NCBI GenBank assembly: GCA_964615185.1 | Contig: CAZTOS010000006.1 | Location: 1-48,836 of the forward strand | Length of the DNA: 48,836 nt | Source of the DNA: an uncultured Thermococci archaeon | GTDB taxonomy: Archaea > Methanobacteriota_B > Thermococci > Thermococcales > Thermococcaceae | Direction of reading: 5' to 3' | Part shown: piece by piece, positions 48,001 to 48,836 of the stretch | How the letters are laid out: each line of letters begins with the position of its first letter | Numbering within the stretch: the first letter of the stretch is position 1 | Notes under the pieces: model-generated | The model's input: only the letters and a program-made list of their open reading frames with translations | What the model was told of the DNA's origin: nothing | Database searches by the model: none | Position numbers and translations under genes: made by a program

Positions 48001-48753
48001 ACCGGTAATGTTGTACTTGTCCCACGCTGTCACTGAACCCATGTGGGTAACTGCATAGATATCCTTAGGTATTGGAGTTCTTTCCTTCATGATCTTGAGA
48101 AGATATTGCATTGCATTCTTTGTTCTTAGTGGGAACCTTCCGATGAGGCTTCTTGGAGAAGCCACTCTATAATCTCCAATTCTTTGAGGCACTGTAAATA
48201 TCCTGTTTAACATTAGATCTTTTCTGCCCTTTAAGCTCTCAATGATTTTCTCGTGATCAAGCTCTTCCTTTGACATGTCTTCTAATAGTGGCTTAACTGG
48301 GCTGAACGTTGTTATGTATTCAACTCCCTTTGTACTTGCAAGTTTCCTGAGTCTTTTGAGTGCATCAGACGTAATCTGCAATTCGGCCAAATATATGTAT
48401 TTTCCTGCAATATTTGCCCTCCCTATTATCTTTACGCCTTGGACGTCTAACTTTCTTATCTCTCCAGAGGCAAATATCTTGATTGGTAATTTTACTTGTC
48501 CGTTCATGTTACTAAATTCTTTAACTAATTCCAGCAGTTCTGGATCAATTTTCTGAGTTGGCGGTATGTTTATTGGCTTTGAAACTTTCTCAGAAGTCTT
48601 ATTTGTTTCTTTGATAGGAAGCACTATGGGGGTAGGCGCTTTAGTGGAAGTAGTGGAGCTTTCAGCAGTCACTAGCCCTACTGGTAGTGCTACTGGCACT
48701 GCTGACAGTATCATCAGCATCACGATCAAGAGAGTTATAGCCCTTCTACTCAT
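42052..48753 (-). CDS. Large secreted S8 subtilase (pyrolysin/stetterlysin-like), 2233 aa
   Basis: Signal peptide; triad IIDSGID / HGTLCA / GTSLATP; oxyanion AAGNEG; three PPC-like repeats (DID...YY...WE..G.S..W...E); CARDB-like domain; pyrolysin-type helical C-terminal tail. Confidence 0.93.
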   Translation of the reverse strand: MSRRAITLLIVMLMILSAVPVALPVGLVTAESSTTSTKAPTPIVLPIKETNKTSEKVSKPINIPPTQKIDPELLELVKEFSNMNGQVKLPIKIFASGEIRKLDVQGVKIIGRANIAGKYIYLAELQITSDALKRLRKLASTKGVEYITTFSPVKPLLEDMSKEELDHEKIIESLKGRKDLMLNRIFTVPQRIGDYRVASPRSLIGRFPLRTKNAMQYLLKIMKERTPIPKDIYAVTHMGSVTAWDKYNITGSGINVAIIDSGIDFGNPDLQDAYAVDTNPESPYYGWPIAFDSASMMAYLQHDYAFPETQTWYTNTSLITGIPVILQDPAVIGYYGSNFSTAFSGMELANIQDPLERAKVINNTLTFLSNGSFEGNILLVDDDNGKDNGGDFFDFDPYYVEALDILGYNYTIYRVLAHESGPNATVLSQYDVVIWFTGEYWEDTLTDEDIANLEAYLNGGGKLFLISTDFLYEKGFVPSIQIIYEQTNVTAPEEGDYEYHYFNLTEPVSQLTVTTTSQYGTDDSSTDFDIDIRLYYKVGDDWEKIGYSLNWGPNETITVENPELGEYMVEVYTWTNDKPGEYTYNITVTVEKEGELVPSEFAGEYLHVNASTYYYQDRGVASVGETNGERFRIGAVNRGVANVTYYTYWYLELPLLRPAYSDIFADFVVPDENASVLVTTYMALPYDIEEDTVWPIRLPLNENLTLPYTGYVKIGFHPDLALALINTPPWDYYLEPGWVLVVDSDGDSKYDKAYVDLTSEWGYFIDFNEDVGHTKENPVIAWDIVKADGTIGEDGYDDISGGLIYYIADGETPIPYSQIVYNRWNLGEYGVPENKTVPGNGDLVAFMIGTIYAGGLEHGTLCAAAVGARGRTIGPEEFTDDESQMYPTYGNAKGAKLIAEGDLYTSLAEWEDMMLFATEGYDGIPNTGDEARITSNSYGYYLSYAIDRGFNWEDRFLTWLSEVYAPYTAHFFAAGNEGSGYGTDSSNGASPGVITVGAATEFGYRKAVGWDYEAEYGDVVDFSSRGPNTLGQVKPDILATGKFGLGSTPLNMQYWRMQPIINGRYANEIWAGTSLATPMAAGVGALVEEAFYKTHGRYPTAEELKEILKSAAEDTNNDAFLQGAGYLNATRAVEIALEVDGVKVSPSEWQAGSYMGHKYKAFPSVIYPGESDTQEFTLVNYGDAKDVEISAEVFEKIGEVEIPIMGITDEPQMIPVTYAIPEDAELMKVSFYTDVDNPYYYILVRIYGYKDDQLKLINGGSGYRTNVASFTVRNPRARAEQLFLQVRDVMYQGYPYDGKVKLEFYKRVPWSWVTLDKEALHLPAKGEGTFTATITVPEDTPLGIYEGAIYVKYDNHVTTIPVSVVVASPGAEFEFGGKTEASGLYDNSNVYGGDIYGGDWRLFYFNVPTEDTNGTYVIADISWNDDTAVITPYLLQPSSDMWSVYYEGIFGPHTLAHTATGKLIASNESILVAKAVPGLHAMWLHNSEINASYTTFYGKVGMAKVTPSEVTMIAESKEGEGQIRVKIPDFVGNLTAYGVGFERLTRKTGITAPATGESWYYNVTVVNATQLRVETSSTWDKLDIDLFVYYYDESTGDWEEVGESETWTANERVVVTMPKDGIYIIEVYGYKNPKPGEATFDLEVGITPGKTKDIFKEQNVEAPETDNYTVHYFEVAEHANALVVKTESEDDDNYGLDIDLEVYYYNEITGEWEYLGGSYSWTADEEVVIPEPAEGSYAAIVESYYNPAPGETHYNITASLVVSGGELFVKNITKVNGEYIVTYGYNLTSLPNTTIYKGNIKIGGTRTGELFDVPIEIAPNPYITDFGIVGIGIGPVPPGVGELFTINVHIKNYGPNNASVPVKLIRDGLTEVGSERKEIVAGEDDLVSFNVTLSDLDMHEFKVVLEYPYDFVKDNNIKVIKVRAMQPVERTELMWSIGDAEIVNVTSRTGEMTATFATPEDSALVGVFVKLPENWTFYSVEGKNATIISKGLLEDNVTLEIILAIKNGSKLYIYYGTPKETPEVTEELEEEGIEAPVFVQETINGTAEIKEAKNTTVDGKPAISITVDGEHNATVKLVVILPKDIKSYKVIVNNADLLGEELTRYETYALLTLEIRLHSPAEITVIYELPEKEEGISIATLNFIYYMWYNKGIKKFDELYNKSIELGIDNETIQEALHYKELAEQYYEKAKQFGPVVQNLNNPRVMASLRKAYLNLKKAVEILSKAIEEAEAS

Positions 48754-48836
48754 TTAGGCACCTCCCTATGTAATTGTTCGATGATATACTACTTCGATCA
48801 AGAATATAAACATTTCTATGAGTAAAGTTTCATTTC

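Overview
Archaeal chromosomal window, very likely Thermococcales: GGTGA/GGAGG RBSs, BRE-TATA promoters, NMD3, a pyrolysin-like protease and SurR boxes. Its first ~36 kb is dominated by metal and phosphate acquisition genes. From left to right it holds a minus-strand operon (tandem two-domain metal-chelate ABC binding protein, permease, ATPase, membrane protein, two CobN/ChlH-type chelatase large subunits of which one is frameshifted, ChlI-type AAA subunit), then hypCD, a K+-channel/TrkA-C/NAD-kinase-like cluster, a pstS...pstCAB-phoU operon, a NifB/NifX-like gene with a Trp-rich peptide, and an extended feoA-feoA-feoB operon ending in a HemN/ChuW-like radical SAM gene. The right end holds an MFS transporter, CoA-disulfide/NAD(P)H:sulfur reductase, NMD3, DUF424, NfeD/stomatin and a 2233-aa subtilase. 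Outside the ORF track there are: three dispersed ORF-less IS200/IS605-derived elements plus a mini end-fragment, which look like promoter-driven TnpB omega/reRNA scaffolds each with a different 3' flank; a second, unannotated Trp/Arg-rich peptide; a thrice-repeated TGCATATGCA operator; DtxR-, SurR- and NikR-like boxes; and several pseudogene remnants. No rRNA, tRNA or CRISPR array was seen. All family calls come from motif recognition by eye; no searches were run.
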